A stretch of DNA of 63,749 nucleotides, the filler included, from Myxococcota bacterium (lineage in GTDB: Bacteria; Myxococcota_C; UBA6777): the NCBI GenBank assembly GCA_023150835.1. It is 3 parts of 3 records of this genome, joined end to end, with 100 filler letters (N's around TTAATTAATTAA, not from the genome) between each part and the next. Parts side by side here need not be neighbours in the genome. Positions count along the whole stretch, not along the records: positions 1 to 28,955 come from JAKLKB010000085.1; positions 29,056 to 57,823 come from JAKLKB010000086.1; 1 more part is not named here. The stretch is one strand, 5' to 3'. The notes under the pieces were generated by a model that was not told the origin of the DNA, made no database searches, and was given only the letters and a program-made list of their open reading frames with translations. Each line of letters opens with the position of its first letter. Positions within the stretch are counted from its first letter, which is position 1. Position numbers and translations under genes: made by a program. Of the stretch, positions 19,397 through 29,377 are shown piece after piece.

Positions 19397-20671
19397 ATGA
19401 ACAAGTGGCTAGAGTCCTCTCGCCAGTTCTTTTACATGAGCATGGCGATCTTCTTTCTCAGCAGCGGTGGTTTTATGATCCGCCTGATGTTCATCGAAGA
19501 CCCCTTCCATTACCTCGGACGCCGCTTCCTCGAACAAGACGGCAAGATCGTGATCGATATCCTCAGTAACCCCCGCACCATCCAAGCGATCCGCGCTATC
19601 ACAACTCCCTCTCCCAAAGATCAACTCCCCCTCGAACGCTACATCGTCGACCGCATCCTCCAACAAGACGGCGCATGGCTGCGCGGATTCACCCAAAAAC
19701 TACTCCAAGATCCCCACATCCAAAAACTCGCCTCCCAAGCCCTCCTCTCCCCAAACAACACACCCCCTCAACAACAAACCTCCTATCTTTTGGGCCGTTA
19801 CGCCATCGACAAACTGCTCCAACACGACGCTTCCACCCTCCAAAAACTCCTGCTCCCCAGCACCCAACAACTCACCGCTTCTGTCGAGCGCACCGCACAA
19901 AACACTCTCCACAAGCTCACCGCTTCTGTCGAACTCACCGCACAAAACGCCCTCCACAAGCTCACCGCTTCCGCCGAACGCACCGCACAAAACGCCCTCC
20001 ACAAGCTGTTTGAGAAAGATGCCGCAGTCTTGCGCGCCTTGCTCAAAGACGTTCTCCAAACTCCCGCTGCTTCGGCCACCAAGCCCACCGCCAAACCCAG
20101 CCCCACCGTCCTTTCTGCCCTCGACAAAGAACAGCTCGCCATGGCCGAGCGTCTTGGGCGGTACACCATCGACCAACTCCTCGATGCACGCGCTCAAAAG
20201 CTCCGCGCTATCCTGCTTTCACTCGTCGGCCCCGAACTGATGCGCACCCTGCGCGAAGGCCGCTTGTCCCTCAACAAACTCACCCAACAAGCCCAATCGC
20301 TTCCCGTACGTCAGATCATCCAAGATGCCGCTTTTTCCGCTGGAAAAGGGGCCACCGAAGGCTTTCTCGGCGCACAATCCCAACAAAAACAACGCACCGC
20401 CCGCATTACCCGCGCCATCACTCGCCAAGCCCCCCACTTGCGCGATGCCTTGCGCCGCATCCACCCGTGTTTGCTTGCTTCCGACCCCCAATGGCTGCGC
20501 TGGCAAGACAACGCCCTCCACGCCCGTCTTATTCGCGCCAAAGATGCCGTATGCCAAAAAACTTCTTGCGCACAATCCACCCAAACGACCTACGCATGGC
20601 TGCAAAACCAACTGTCTCCCCTCAACCTCCATCCCAACGACATCCACGTCCAGATCGGCGGATGCGACTGA
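19397..20671 (+). CDS. membrane-anchored alpha-helical repeat protein of unknown function
   Basis: GGAGG RBS, N-terminal hydrophobic helix and 3 x 15-aa LTASxExTAQNxLHK repeats. Confidence 0.75.
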   Translation: MNKWLESSRQFFYMSMAIFFLSSGGFMIRLMFIEDPFHYLGRRFLEQDGKIVIDILSNPRTIQAIRAITTPSPKDQLPLERYIVDRILQQDGAWLRGFTQKLLQDPHIQKLASQALLSPNNTPPQQQTSYLLGRYAIDKLLQHDASTLQKLLLPSTQQLTASVERTAQNTLHKLTASVELTAQNALHKLTASAERTAQNALHKLFEKDAAVLRALLKDVLQTPAASATKPTAKPSPTVLSALDKEQLAMAERLGRYTIDQLLDARAQKLRAILLSLVGPELMRTLREGRLSLNKLTQQAQSLPVRQIIQDAAFSAGKGATEGFLGAQSQQKQRTARITRAITRQAPHLRDALRRIHPCLLASDPQWLRWQDNALHARLIRAKDAVCQKTSCAQSTQTTYAWLQNQLSPLNLHPNDIHVQIGGCD

Positions 20672-20716
20672 GAACAAGTCCAGATCGGCGGATGTGACCA
20701 AAAAAAGGAATCCCGT

Positions 20717-21946
20717 ATGCTCTCTTGGCAAGACGCCCTCGCCCATATCCTCGCGCACACCCACACCCTCAACACCGAAGAACTTCCGCTCCACGAAGCC
20801 GCAGGACGGCTGCTTCGTGAACCCATCCATGCGCCTTTTCCCATGCCGCGCTTTTCTGCTTCTGCAATGGACGGCTACGCCCTTCACCACGCCGATATCG
20901 CCCAAGCTTCCGAGGCTTCTCCGATCTCCCTTCCTGTCCTCCAACACATCGCCGCTTCCCAAGCCCCCGCCCCTCTCAAACGCGGCGAATGTGCGCGGAT
21001 CTTTACAGGCGCTCCCGTCCCCGATGGGGCCGATGCCGTCGTCATCCAAGAAAATGTCACCGCCCAAGACGGCCACGCTTTGTTTCGCGCCCCCGCAACA
21101 TCCTTCCAAAATATCCGACCCCTTGGCTCGGATTGCTCGCAAGGAACCCTGCTCCTCCCCCAAGGTTCGACCCTCTATGCAGGAGAGATCGGCCTTCTTG
21201 CGGGCCTTGGCGTCGGCATGGTCCATGTCACGCGCCGCCCTCGTGTTGCCGTGCTGGCCTGTGGAAGTGAGCTTCGGCGCATCGGTGAGCCGCTCGGCCC
21301 TGCCGACATCTACGAATCGAATCGCCACGCGCTTGCTGTGCAGATCCGCGAAGCGGGCGGTGATCCGTACCTTCTCCCCGTCGTCCCCGATCAACTCGAT
21401 GCACTCCAAGCCCAGATCCGCGAAGGACTCCACGCCGATGTCTTGATCTCTTCAGGCGGAGCCTCCGTCGGCGATCACGATCTGCTGCGGCCTGCCTTCG
21501 ATGCCCTTGGCGTCGCAACCGACTTTTGGCGCGTCGCCATGCGCCCGGGAAAACCTCTGTTCTTCGGAAAACACCAACAATGCTTGATCTTTGGACTCCC
21601 CGGAAATCCCGCCTCTTCGATGGTCACTTTTGAAGTGCTTGTTCGCCCTGCCCTCCAAAAAATGCTCGCCTCTCCCGCCCTCTATCGCCCCCTTCTTTGC
21701 GCACAGATCACCGAACCCGCCTCCAACAACACCAAACGTACCCACTTCGTGCGCGGCCAAATCTCGTTTGCTTCTCCTCAACCTCTCTTCACTCCGCTCT
21801 CTTCTCAATCTTCTGCCGATCTCCTCTCCATGCGACAAGCCCATGCCCTCGCGATCTTACCCCCTTCGTCTGCCCCCGTAAAAGCAGGTGACTCCGTTCA
21901 AGTTCTCTGGATTACACACGCCAATAGCCTTCAACTTCTTGCCTGA
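20717..21946 (+). CDS. moeA: molybdopterin molybdotransferase
   Basis: SAMDGYA, RIFTGAPVPDGADAV, SGGASVGDHD, MRPGKP and GLPGNP. Confidence 0.96.
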   Translation: MLSWQDALAHILAHTHTLNTEELPLHEAAGRLLREPIHAPFPMPRFSASAMDGYALHHADIAQASEASPISLPVLQHIAASQAPAPLKRGECARIFTGAPVPDGADAVVIQENVTAQDGHALFRAPATSFQNIRPLGSDCSQGTLLLPQGSTLYAGEIGLLAGLGVGMVHVTRRPRVAVLACGSELRRIGEPLGPADIYESNRHALAVQIREAGGDPYLLPVVPDQLDALQAQIREGLHADVLISSGGASVGDHDLLRPAFDALGVATDFWRVAMRPGKPLFFGKHQQCLIFGLPGNPASSMVTFEVLVRPALQKMLASPALYRPLLCAQITEPASNNTKRTHFVRGQISFASPQPLFTPLSSQSSADLLSMRQAHALAILPPSSAPVKAGDSVQVLWITHANSLQLLA

Positions 21947-22000
21947 TCGCTTCCCTCTCTTCTAGGAGTGACGCATCTCGACACCTTGTATGCGCTTCTC

Positions 22001-22030
22001 TTGACATCGCGCTCAGGTTCGGTATAGCTT
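22001..22030 (+). promoter_or_regulatory. candidate sigma70 promoter
   Basis: TTGACA-N18-TAGCTT, about 95 nt upstream of ATG 22125. Confidence 0.4.
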
Positions 22031-22124
22031 CGACCCTGCTATCGTCCCCGTCATGCAAGTGTCCCCGATGTGATGCGATGGCGCGAAAGAAAAGCTGTTG
22101 TCGTTGTGTTTGGAGGTATAGTCG

Positions 22125-23096
22125 ATGAAGCCCCTTGTTCGGTCAAGACAACCCCATCAACTCTTGAGAAGAGCGGGACTGTGCGCCTTTCTACTGACTG
22201 GCGTGTTGTTGGCTGGTGTGTTGTGGATCCCTCGTGCCATCGCTTCCCCCAACGATATCCATCTGCATTTCCTTTATCGGGGCCGTGACTTGCGCACCAC
22301 CCCCGAAGGTCTCGCCAACGACAAGCGACTCCGTGGACTCCAACAACTTGATTTCGCCCTGCTCAGCGCCGAATTGGGCTTTGCCCTCGCTGAACCCTTG
22401 ATGGCTCCTGCGGAAACGCTCGGCATCGCCGGCTTCGATATCGGCGTCGGCCTCACCGTCGCAGACATCCCCGAAAAATCAGCCCATTGGGCGCGGGCCG
22501 TTGAAGACGAACGCCCCGACAACAACGTGATCATCACCCGCCTTCGCTTCCGAAAAGGTCTCCCCCTCAGCTTTGAGATCGAAGGTAGCCTCGGTTTTAT
22601 CCACGACAGCAGCCATATGCTCGGCGCAGTCGCCGTCAAATGGGCCCTCAACGAAGGCTTCTATTATTTCCCTGATATCGCCGTTCGCGTCAGCATCAAC
22701 CGCCTCTTCAACTCTCGCGATCTCGATCTCTTTAACTTCACAGGCGATATCATCGTCAGCAAACATTTTGCGATCGCTGGAATGTTTTTGATCACGCCTT
22801 ACCTCGCTTACTCCCTTGTCTGGGCGCGTTCCAACTCCCAAGTCCTCGATCCTACCCCCAAAGTCTTTAGCGACAACGAAAGCGTCGCCACCGGAAACTT
22901 CGTCTTCACCACCGAAAACGCCCTCGGCAGTCGCATCAATTTCGGCCTCCAACTTGTCTGGTACATTCTCAACATTACATTGGAGGGGGCTTTTACCATC
23001 CCGAACTTTTCCCTCGTTGACCCAAACAACCCGGGAAATCGCATCACCCCCGCAACCATCGGGATGTTTAACGCCAAATTTTCTCTGACTTTTTGA
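22125..23096 (+). CDS. hypothetical outer-membrane beta-barrel-like protein
   Basis: GGAGG RBS, signal peptide (AIA), alternating beta-strand pattern and C-terminal AKFSLTF. Confidence 0.65.
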   Translation: MKPLVRSRQPHQLLRRAGLCAFLLTGVLLAGVLWIPRAIASPNDIHLHFLYRGRDLRTTPEGLANDKRLRGLQQLDFALLSAELGFALAEPLMAPAETLGIAGFDIGVGLTVADIPEKSAHWARAVEDERPDNNVIITRLRFRKGLPLSFEIEGSLGFIHDSSHMLGAVAVKWALNEGFYYFPDIAVRVSINRLFNSRDLDLFNFTGDIIVSKHFAIAGMFLITPYLAYSLVWARSNSQVLDPTPKVFSDNESVATGNFVFTTENALGSRINFGLQLVWYILNITLEGAFTIPNFSLVDPNNPGNRITPATIGMFNAKFSLTF

Positions 23097-23162
23097 ACGC
23101 CCGTCGGTGGCTGTCCGAGACCATGCTCTGACAATCCCCTCGCGGGACATGAGGTTCTATCC

Positions 23163-23387
23163 ATGTGGTTTGCGTTCCTTTCTAGTGGCGAATTGATCTT
23201 GGTCTTTTTGGTCGTCCTCATCCTTTTCGGCTCCACGCGCCTCCCCTCGCTTGGCGATGCCTTGGGCCGAGGCATCAATAACTTCCGCAAGTCCCTCACC
23301 GGCAGCAACAACAACCCTGCCCTCCCCGAAGCACAAAACAACAACCTCCCCGCCGACGAAAAAGCCAAACAAGAAAAAACATCCTGA
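23163..23387 (+). CDS. tatA: twin-arginine translocase TatA/TatE subunit
   Basis: ELILVFLVVLILFG..RLP.LG.ALG.GI.NFRK. Confidence 0.9.
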   Translation: MWFAFLSSGELILVFLVVLILFGSTRLPSLGDALGRGINNFRKSLTGSNNNPALPEAQNNNLPADEKAKQEKTS

Positions 23388-23560
23388 TACGAAATCCGCC
23401 TGTAGTGTGATCGTAGTGTGATCGTAGTGTGATCGTAAAGATGTAGGGGCAGCCCCCTGTGGCTGCCCAACAATTGGGCGCCTACAACGGATCGCTTGGC
23501 TGCGAAAGAGTTCGGTATCGACGTGGCTGCCCAACAATTGGGCGTCTACAGCGGATCGCA
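23387..23560 (+). repeat. REP/MITE family A copy with a 12-bp triplication and a partial second copy
   Basis: atacgaaatccg, (gtagtgtgatc)x3, gtaggggcagccccctgtggctgccc; gtggctgcccaacaattgggcgyctaca occurs twice. Confidence 0.85.
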
Positions 23561-23637
23561 CCTACCCTCCTAGCAACTTCTCTCAAAGATCGTATCATCC
23601 CCCCCAATCACCCGCGATCGCTCTCGTGTCCATCCCG

Positions 23638-25083
23638 TCACATATACGGCGAAAACAACCGAGCGATTCCATCGCGAAGCTGTATCCGCATGGGCCGCTG
23701 GGCCAGATCATCCAACGATATCTCCCGAGACTGCGCGATCTTTTGACCCATATAATCGTGAAGCTCGCCCGCCAAAGCCCGATCATACACTTCGACATTG
23801 AACTCGAAATTCAGCCGCAAACTGCGAGGATCCCAGTTTGCCGAACCGATCAAGGCCCACACCCCATCGACCACCATCAGCTTACTGTGATCAAAGGGCG
23901 GTGGCACCGCATACACACGACATCCCTGTTGCAACACTTGCCACAACATCCCCGTCGAGGCCCATTGGACGAACGCTAGATTGTTCTTTTCCGGCAACAA
24001 GATCTCCACCTGCACACCACGCATCGCTGCCACATTCAGCGACGATATCAACGGTGGATCAGGCAAAAAATAAGGCGTCATGATCCGCACCGAAGATCGC
24101 GCACACGCCAACGCCCCCAACAATGCCCATCGCAGCTTATCAAAGTCTTCGTCTGGACCGTCTGCGATCCCCCGCGCCAACATCTCCCCTTCGGGCGAAA
24201 GAGCCGGAAACCACTTGTCTCCCTCCAATATCTCTCCCGTCGTAAAGGCCCAGTCTTCCGCAAAAACCTCTTGCAATTGCCCAACAATCGGCCCTCGCAG
24301 CGAAAAGTGCATATCTTGGATCGGATGATCGCTGTTCATCGACGGCATATGACCCTCACGGATATTCATCCCTCCCGTAAATCCGAGATGACCATCCACC
24401 ACAAGGATCTTTCGGTGGTTGCGCAAGTTCGAAAAAGTCATCTTCCAAGGCAAAAATGTTTGCATAAACCGACCTGCTGGAACACCTGCCTCCCCAAGCA
24501 CCGTATCGATCGGCTTCCAAGAATAACGTCGCCCTACCGCATCGACCAACACGCGCACCGCAACACCCCGATTCACCGCATCCTTGAGCGCTTCGACAAA
24601 CATCGCCCCCGCACGATCGTTGTCAAAGATATAACTCACCATACTCACCGAATGTTTGGCCTCGCGGATCGCCCCACACATCGCCGCATAAGCCGCATCT
24701 CCATCGTACAACGGCTCCAGATGGTTTCCTCGCAACAAGGGCCGTTCCACAAGCTGACCCACCAGATTTTCCAACGAGGCCAACGTCCCCAAACCGCCCA
24801 AGACATGGGTGTCTTTGAGCAGATCCACACGCAGCTCACTTTCGGGAGCCGATAGCCTCGGGCGATTTCGACGCTTGCGTCCTGCACGCCGTTGAATACG
24901 ATTGATCCCAAACAACAGGTACGCCAGCGGCCCCATAAACGGCGCGATCCAGATAAACCCCACCCATCCCACCGCCGCACGGACATCTCGCTTGTAAAGC
25001 ACCGCGTGGCCTGACGCCCACAGCGCACCAACCACCGCCAACAAAGCCGTCAGCCACCAAAAGTCCAACACGATCTTCCACAT
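23638..25083 (-). CDS. cls: cardiolipin synthase (PLD family)
   Basis: Two N-terminal TMs and two HKD motifs, NHRKILVVDG and DHSKLMVVDG. Confidence 0.93.
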   Translation of the reverse strand: MWKIVLDFWWLTALLAVVGALWASGHAVLYKRDVRAAVGWVGFIWIAPFMGPLAYLLFGINRIQRRAGRKRRNRPRLSAPESELRVDLLKDTHVLGGLGTLASLENLVGQLVERPLLRGNHLEPLYDGDAAYAAMCGAIREAKHSVSMVSYIFDNDRAGAMFVEALKDAVNRGVAVRVLVDAVGRRYSWKPIDTVLGEAGVPAGRFMQTFLPWKMTFSNLRNHRKILVVDGHLGFTGGMNIREGHMPSMNSDHPIQDMHFSLRGPIVGQLQEVFAEDWAFTTGEILEGDKWFPALSPEGEMLARGIADGPDEDFDKLRWALLGALACARSSVRIMTPYFLPDPPLISSLNVAAMRGVQVEILLPEKNNLAFVQWASTGMLWQVLQQGCRVYAVPPPFDHSKLMVVDGVWALIGSANWDPRSLRLNFEFNVEVYDRALAGELHDYMGQKIAQSREISLDDLAQRPMRIQLRDGIARLFSPYM

Positions 25084-25123
25084 CGTTGTCTTCGTACCTT
25101 TCTTCCTTTTGAGGTGATTTCAC

Positions 25124-26083
25124 TTGAGCCACCAAGCTAAAGCATCCCAACCACCAAAAGCAAGCCAAACCTTGATCTCCACCCCAAACCTCCCGCCCCT
25201 TGTCTCCATCGCCCTGCGCTTGCGCGATGCCCTCTCCGCCCTGTCGTTTCGCGCCCCCACCACCCACGTCTACCATCCCCTCACCTACGCTTGGGAAGCC
25301 CACCTAGCCTACCTGACGCGCTTTGGAACCCAACAGCCCCGCGAGATGTTTTGGCTCGGTATGAATCCCGGCCCTTGGGGCATGACCCAAACGGGCGTAC
25401 CGTTCGGCTGTGTGCCGTTTGTCCGTGACTGGATGCAGATCCACACACCGATCACACCTCCGCCTCAGATCCATCCCAAACGACCGATAGAAGGCTTTTC
25501 TTGCACACGAACCGAAGTCAGCGGCTCCCGCCTCTGGGGATGGGCTCAACAAAAAGCACCCCACGCACCCGATTTCTTTGCGCGGATCTTTCTCAACGCC
25601 TACTGCCCGCTCACTTTCCTCGAAGCGTCCGGCAAAAACCGCACACCCGATAAACTGCACCCCGACGAACGCACCGCACTATTCGACCTGTGCGATCAAG
25701 CTCTCCGCGAAACCCTTGACACTCTACAACCCCGTGTCCTCGTCGCCATCGGAGCCTTCGCCGAATCTCGCCTCAAACACGTCCTCGGCTCCTCCCACCC
25801 TCCGATCTTGCGCATCCTCCACCCTAGCCCCGCAAGCCCTCTCGCCAACCTCGGATGGGCCGAACAACTCGAACAAACCCTCCTCCGCGCTGGTCTCTCC
25901 CTCTCTTTCCCTTCCACACCATCCCCACCACACACACCATCCCCACCACACACACCATCCCCACCACACACACCATCCATCCCACCACACACACCATCCA
26001 TCCCACCACACGCCCATCCATCCCACCACACACACCACCCATCCCACGTCCCAACCACCCCATCCCAACCATCCAACGAATGA
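25124..26083 (+). CDS. SMUG1-type (family 3) uracil-DNA glycosylase
   Basis: GMNPGPWGMTQTGVPFG, EVSGSRLW, NRTP and HPSPASP. The start is uncertain, and there is a low-complexity PSPPHT tail. Confidence 0.9.
   Translation: MSHQAKASQPPKASQTLISTPNLPPLVSIALRLRDALSALSFRAPTTHVYHPLTYAWEAHLAYLTRFGTQQPREMFWLGMNPGPWGMTQTGVPFGCVPFVRDWMQIHTPITPPPQIHPKRPIEGFSCTRTEVSGSRLWGWAQQKAPHAPDFFARIFLNAYCPLTFLEASGKNRTPDKLHPDERTALFDLCDQALRETLDTLQPRVLVAIGAFAESRLKHVLGSSHPPILRILHPSPASPLANLGWAEQLEQTLLRAGLSLSFPSTPSPPHTPSPPHTPSPPHTPSIPPHTPSIPPHAHPSHHTHHPSHVPTTPSQPSNE
25915..26045 (+). repeat. 18-21-bp CA-rich tandem repeats in the UDG C-terminus
   Basis: (cacaccatccccaccaca)n. Confidence 0.85.
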
Positions 26084-26197
26084 TTTTTTTCAACAGGTCT
26101 TGCGAAAAACACACAGGGGGCGCTACAATCTGGTTTGTATATCTTCCCTACACCACAAGGCCGCTTTCTCGCGGTCTTACGACACACAGGGTCGGTC

Positions 26198-27283
26198 ATG
26201 AACGACGATTCGCTCAAAGAACAATCTCGACGTGCTGTCGATGCGCTGGTGAAAGAAGTCGCTCGCCAACAACGTGAAAAAAACGAGCCACAACTCGAAC
26301 CCGGCCATCGCGTCGGACAATACTACGTCCTCCAAAAACAGATAGGCAAAGGCGGCATGGGACAAGTCTTTCAAGCCACCCACGTCCTCACCGGTCAAAC
26401 CGTCGCCGTCAAAGCGCTCTCGCCTGATCTCGAAGGTGATGCCGGTCTTCGCAAGCGCTTCGTCCAAGAAGCCCGTGCGATGGCTGCTTTGGATCACCCC
26501 AACCTCGTCACCTTGCACAATCTCCTCCACGAAGGAAATCGCCTGTTTATGGTGATGCAATTCATCGACGGACGCGACGTCGACGCCATGTTTCGGCGTT
26601 GCCAAGGACTCAGCCCCCAAGCCACCGTCGCGATCTTTGCTCAAGCCCTTGATGGACTTGCACACGCCCACAGCAAAGGCATCTTGCACCGCGATCTCAA
26701 ACCCGCCAACGTCCTCGTCACCCGCGACGGTCAAGTCAAATTGATCGACTTTGGCCTCGCCCTTATCTCTGGCGGCGCTCGGCTCACCCTCAAAGGCACT
26801 CACGTCGGCACCACCTATTACGTCGCACCCGAGATCCTCCTCGGCGGCGAAGCTACCGCACAAACCGATATCTACTCCCTCGGCGTCAGTATATTTGAAG
26901 TCCTCACCAACCGCCTCCCCTTCCAAGGCGACACCTTCGCCGTCCACAAAGCACACATCGAACAACCCCCCCCCGATCCGCGCCAATTCAATCCACAGAT
27001 ATCCGCTCCCCTCGCCGCCATTATCCTCAAATCTCTCGCCAAAGATCCCCGCCAACGCTTCCAAACTGCCGAAGACTTCCGCCGCGTCTTGGGCAATCCT
27101 CCCCCGATCAAGCCCCTCGTCGACTGCCCCCTATGCGGAAGCCCCCACCCCGAAACCGAAGGCGAAACCTGCGTCATCTGCGGAAAAACCGAAGTCTGCC
27201 AATACCATTACACCCGCGACAACGGCATCCTTTGCCGTCCCTGCAAGCGCCATATCCAACCTCCGCCTTTGCCCACCCCATAG
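26198..27283 (+). CDS. Ser/Thr protein kinase with a C-terminal Cys/His zinc-binding motif
   Basis: GKGGMG, VAVK, HRDLKPAN, DFG and APE; tail CPLC..CVIC..CQYH..CRPC. Confidence 0.92.
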   Translation: MNDDSLKEQSRRAVDALVKEVARQQREKNEPQLEPGHRVGQYYVLQKQIGKGGMGQVFQATHVLTGQTVAVKALSPDLEGDAGLRKRFVQEARAMAALDHPNLVTLHNLLHEGNRLFMVMQFIDGRDVDAMFRRCQGLSPQATVAIFAQALDGLAHAHSKGILHRDLKPANVLVTRDGQVKLIDFGLALISGGARLTLKGTHVGTTYYVAPEILLGGEATAQTDIYSLGVSIFEVLTNRLPFQGDTFAVHKAHIEQPPPDPRQFNPQISAPLAAIILKSLAKDPRQRFQTAEDFRRVLGNPPPIKPLVDCPLCGSPHPETEGETCVICGKTEVCQYHYTRDNGILCRPCKRHIQPPPLPTP

Positions 27284-27293
27284 GCCCCTCAGG

Positions 27294-28613
27294 ATGCAAC
27301 AAAACGCTCCAACCTCCCTGCACCCTCCCACACACACACCACCGCTCACGGAACTCCCCATCGCACCGACCACTTGGCGAGGCTATCTGCGCTTTTTAGG
27401 GCCGGGCTTTGCGCTTGCAGCCACAGGCGTCGGGGCAGGCGATATGATCGCAGCAGCCGTCGCAGGATCGCGTTATGGGATCGCGATCTTGTGGGCAGCG
27501 TTGGTGGGAGCCGCGCTCAAGTTCGCACTCAACGAAGGCATGGCGCGTTGGCAGTTGGGCACGGGCAGCACCTTGATCGAGGGCTGGATGCGGCACTTGG
27601 GCGGGTGGTTTCGGATCGTGTTGCTGGTGTATCTGTTGGTGTGGTCGTTTGTGGTGGGGGGGGCGCTGATCGCGGCGTGTGGACTGGCTGCACACGCCAT
27701 CTATCCGAAGATATCGCTCGAATTGTGGGGCGTGCTGCATACGGTTGTAGCGTGTGCGTTGGTTTGGGGCGGTGGATACGATCGTTTTGAAAGCGCCATG
27801 AAGCTCCTGATCGGCTTGATGTTTTGCGCCCTGCTGGGTTGTGCTTTTTGGCTCAAACCGCCTTGGGAAGTGTTGTGGTTGAGTGTGCGTGATATCGACC
27901 TCCCACAACATGGCATCGCCCTGATCATGGGCGTGATCGGCGGTGTAGGCGGCAGCGTGACGCTGCTTTCCTACAACGTTTGGATGCGCGAACGTCGATG
28001 GGAAGGCCAAGCATGGTTGCCTGCGATCCGCGCTGATCTCGCTCTTGCGTACATCCTGACGGGTCTCTTTGGTGCGTCGGTGGTGGTCTTGGCGACGTGG
28101 ACACTCTACCAAGGCGGGCTCCAAGTCCAAGGCAATCGCGCTGTGCTTGAGATGGCGCGGATGCTCGGAGAGATCTTGGGGCGGGTCGGCCTTTGGGTGT
28201 TTTTGCTCGGCTTCTGGGCGGCGGTGGCTTCCTCGATGCTTGGGGTCTGGCAAAGCATCCCTTGTCTTTTTTGCGATATCGTCGCGCTGTGGAAACCCCG
28301 CCCCCCCGAAGAAGCCCAAGCCATCCTCTCCACAACATCCCCGTATTATCGTGGTTATCTCTTGTGGCAAGCCTTCCCGCCTTTGCTCTTGTTGTTCGTG
28401 CAAAAACCTGTAGCATTGATCGTGCTTTACGCTGTCATCGGCGCGTTGTTTATGCCGTTTCTCGCAGGCAGCCTCTTGTGGATGAACAACCACCCGCGCT
28501 GGATGCCCGCCCCCTTGCGCAACCGCTGGCCCTCCAACGCCACCCTCACACTATGCTTGCTGCTCTTTCTTTGGCTGAGTTTCCGCGCTCTACACACCCA
28601 CATCGGGGGCTAG
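27294..28613 (+). CDS. Nramp-family (MntH-related) divalent metal transporter
   Basis: LGPGFALAATGVGAGD..A..AGS.YG..LWA and about 11 TMs. Confidence 0.8.
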   Translation: MQQNAPTSLHPPTHTPPLTELPIAPTTWRGYLRFLGPGFALAATGVGAGDMIAAAVAGSRYGIAILWAALVGAALKFALNEGMARWQLGTGSTLIEGWMRHLGGWFRIVLLVYLLVWSFVVGGALIAACGLAAHAIYPKISLELWGVLHTVVACALVWGGGYDRFESAMKLLIGLMFCALLGCAFWLKPPWEVLWLSVRDIDLPQHGIALIMGVIGGVGGSVTLLSYNVWMRERRWEGQAWLPAIRADLALAYILTGLFGASVVVLATWTLYQGGLQVQGNRAVLEMARMLGEILGRVGLWVFLLGFWAAVASSMLGVWQSIPCLFCDIVALWKPRPPEEAQAILSTTSPYYRGYLLWQAFPPLLLLFVQKPVALIVLYAVIGALFMPFLAGSLLWMNNHPRWMPAPLRNRWPSNATLTLCLLLFLWLSFRALHTHIGG

Positions 28614-28642
28614 AAACAGACCCGACGCCAAGAACATCCCCC

Positions 28643-28764
28643 AAAGCCGCGTTCGCACCACTCCAAGCGACAGAGCCGTCCGGTTGAAAAACCTCCGATC
28701 TCTTCGCCTACACGGGGTCAAGGGAGCCGCGCTAAGGGCGCGGGGCGTGGGGTTCCAACCCCAC
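28643..28764 (+). repeat. dispersed repeat family B copy
   Basis: gccgcgttcgc..caagcgacag..cacggggtcaaggg..gtggggttccaaccccac. Confidence 0.8.
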
Positions 28765-28832
28765 ACAAACACACAAACCCAACACAAACCCTCACACACA
28801 AAACCTACCCAACAAGTCGCTCCTATGCGATC

Positions 28833-28955
28833 ATACGAAATCCGCCGATGGTGTGAGCGAAAGATGTAGGGGCAGCCCCCTGTGGCTGCCCAACCACAGC
28901 GCATTTATACGAGTTCCGCCGATGGTGTGAGCGAAAGATGTAGGGGCAGCCCCCT
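28833..28955 (+). repeat. two tandem partial family A copies at the contig end
   Basis: ccgccgatggtgtgagcgaaagatgtaggggcagccccct occurs twice, and the second runs into the gap. Confidence 0.85.
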
Positions 28956-29055
28956 NNNNNNNNNNNNNNNNNNNNNNNNNNNNNNNNNNNNNNNNNNNNT
29001 TAATTAATTAANNNNNNNNNNNNNNNNNNNNNNNNNNNNNNNNNNNNNNNNNNNN
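28956..29055. other. artificial contig spacer / assembly gap
   Basis: N44-TTAATTAATTAA-N44, with stops in all six frames. Confidence 0.98.
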
Positions 29056-29110
29056 TTGGACTGGTAGACAGAAACATCGGAGGAATGGACGTCTTGTGAT
29101 GTCCCCTCTC

Positions 29111-29234
29111 AGACGAGATCCGCCCGTTGAGTGATCGTAAAAATGTAGGGGCAGCCCCCTGTGGCTGCCCAACCATCGGGCGGTTCGCGAACCGCACTTA
29201 CGTCATGCGATCACAGATCACTCGGATCTCGTAT
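29111..29234 (+). repeat. REP/MITE family A copy
   Basis: acgagatccg..gtaggggcagccccctgtggctgccc..gcggttcgcgaaccgc..cggatctcgtat. Confidence 0.85.
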
Positions 29235-29377
29235 AAAGGGTGGAGGGGGCCTGTCGGGGGATATCGCTTGCGTTTTATGAGGGGGTTGGCTAAGGTGCGT
29301 GTCACGCGGAGAGGCATCAAAGAGGGAAAACAGCAGGCGGTTCAAAGAGCACGACACGTGAAGCGAGGAGAGCGAAG

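Noticed and set aside
26751..27293. N-terminal extension of the Nramp ORF
   Set aside because: It overlaps the kinase in another frame. ATG 27294 follows the kinase stop.
29000..29011. TTAATTAATTAA as a biological palindrome (also 57868-57879)
   Set aside because: It is centred in N runs and is an artificial linker.
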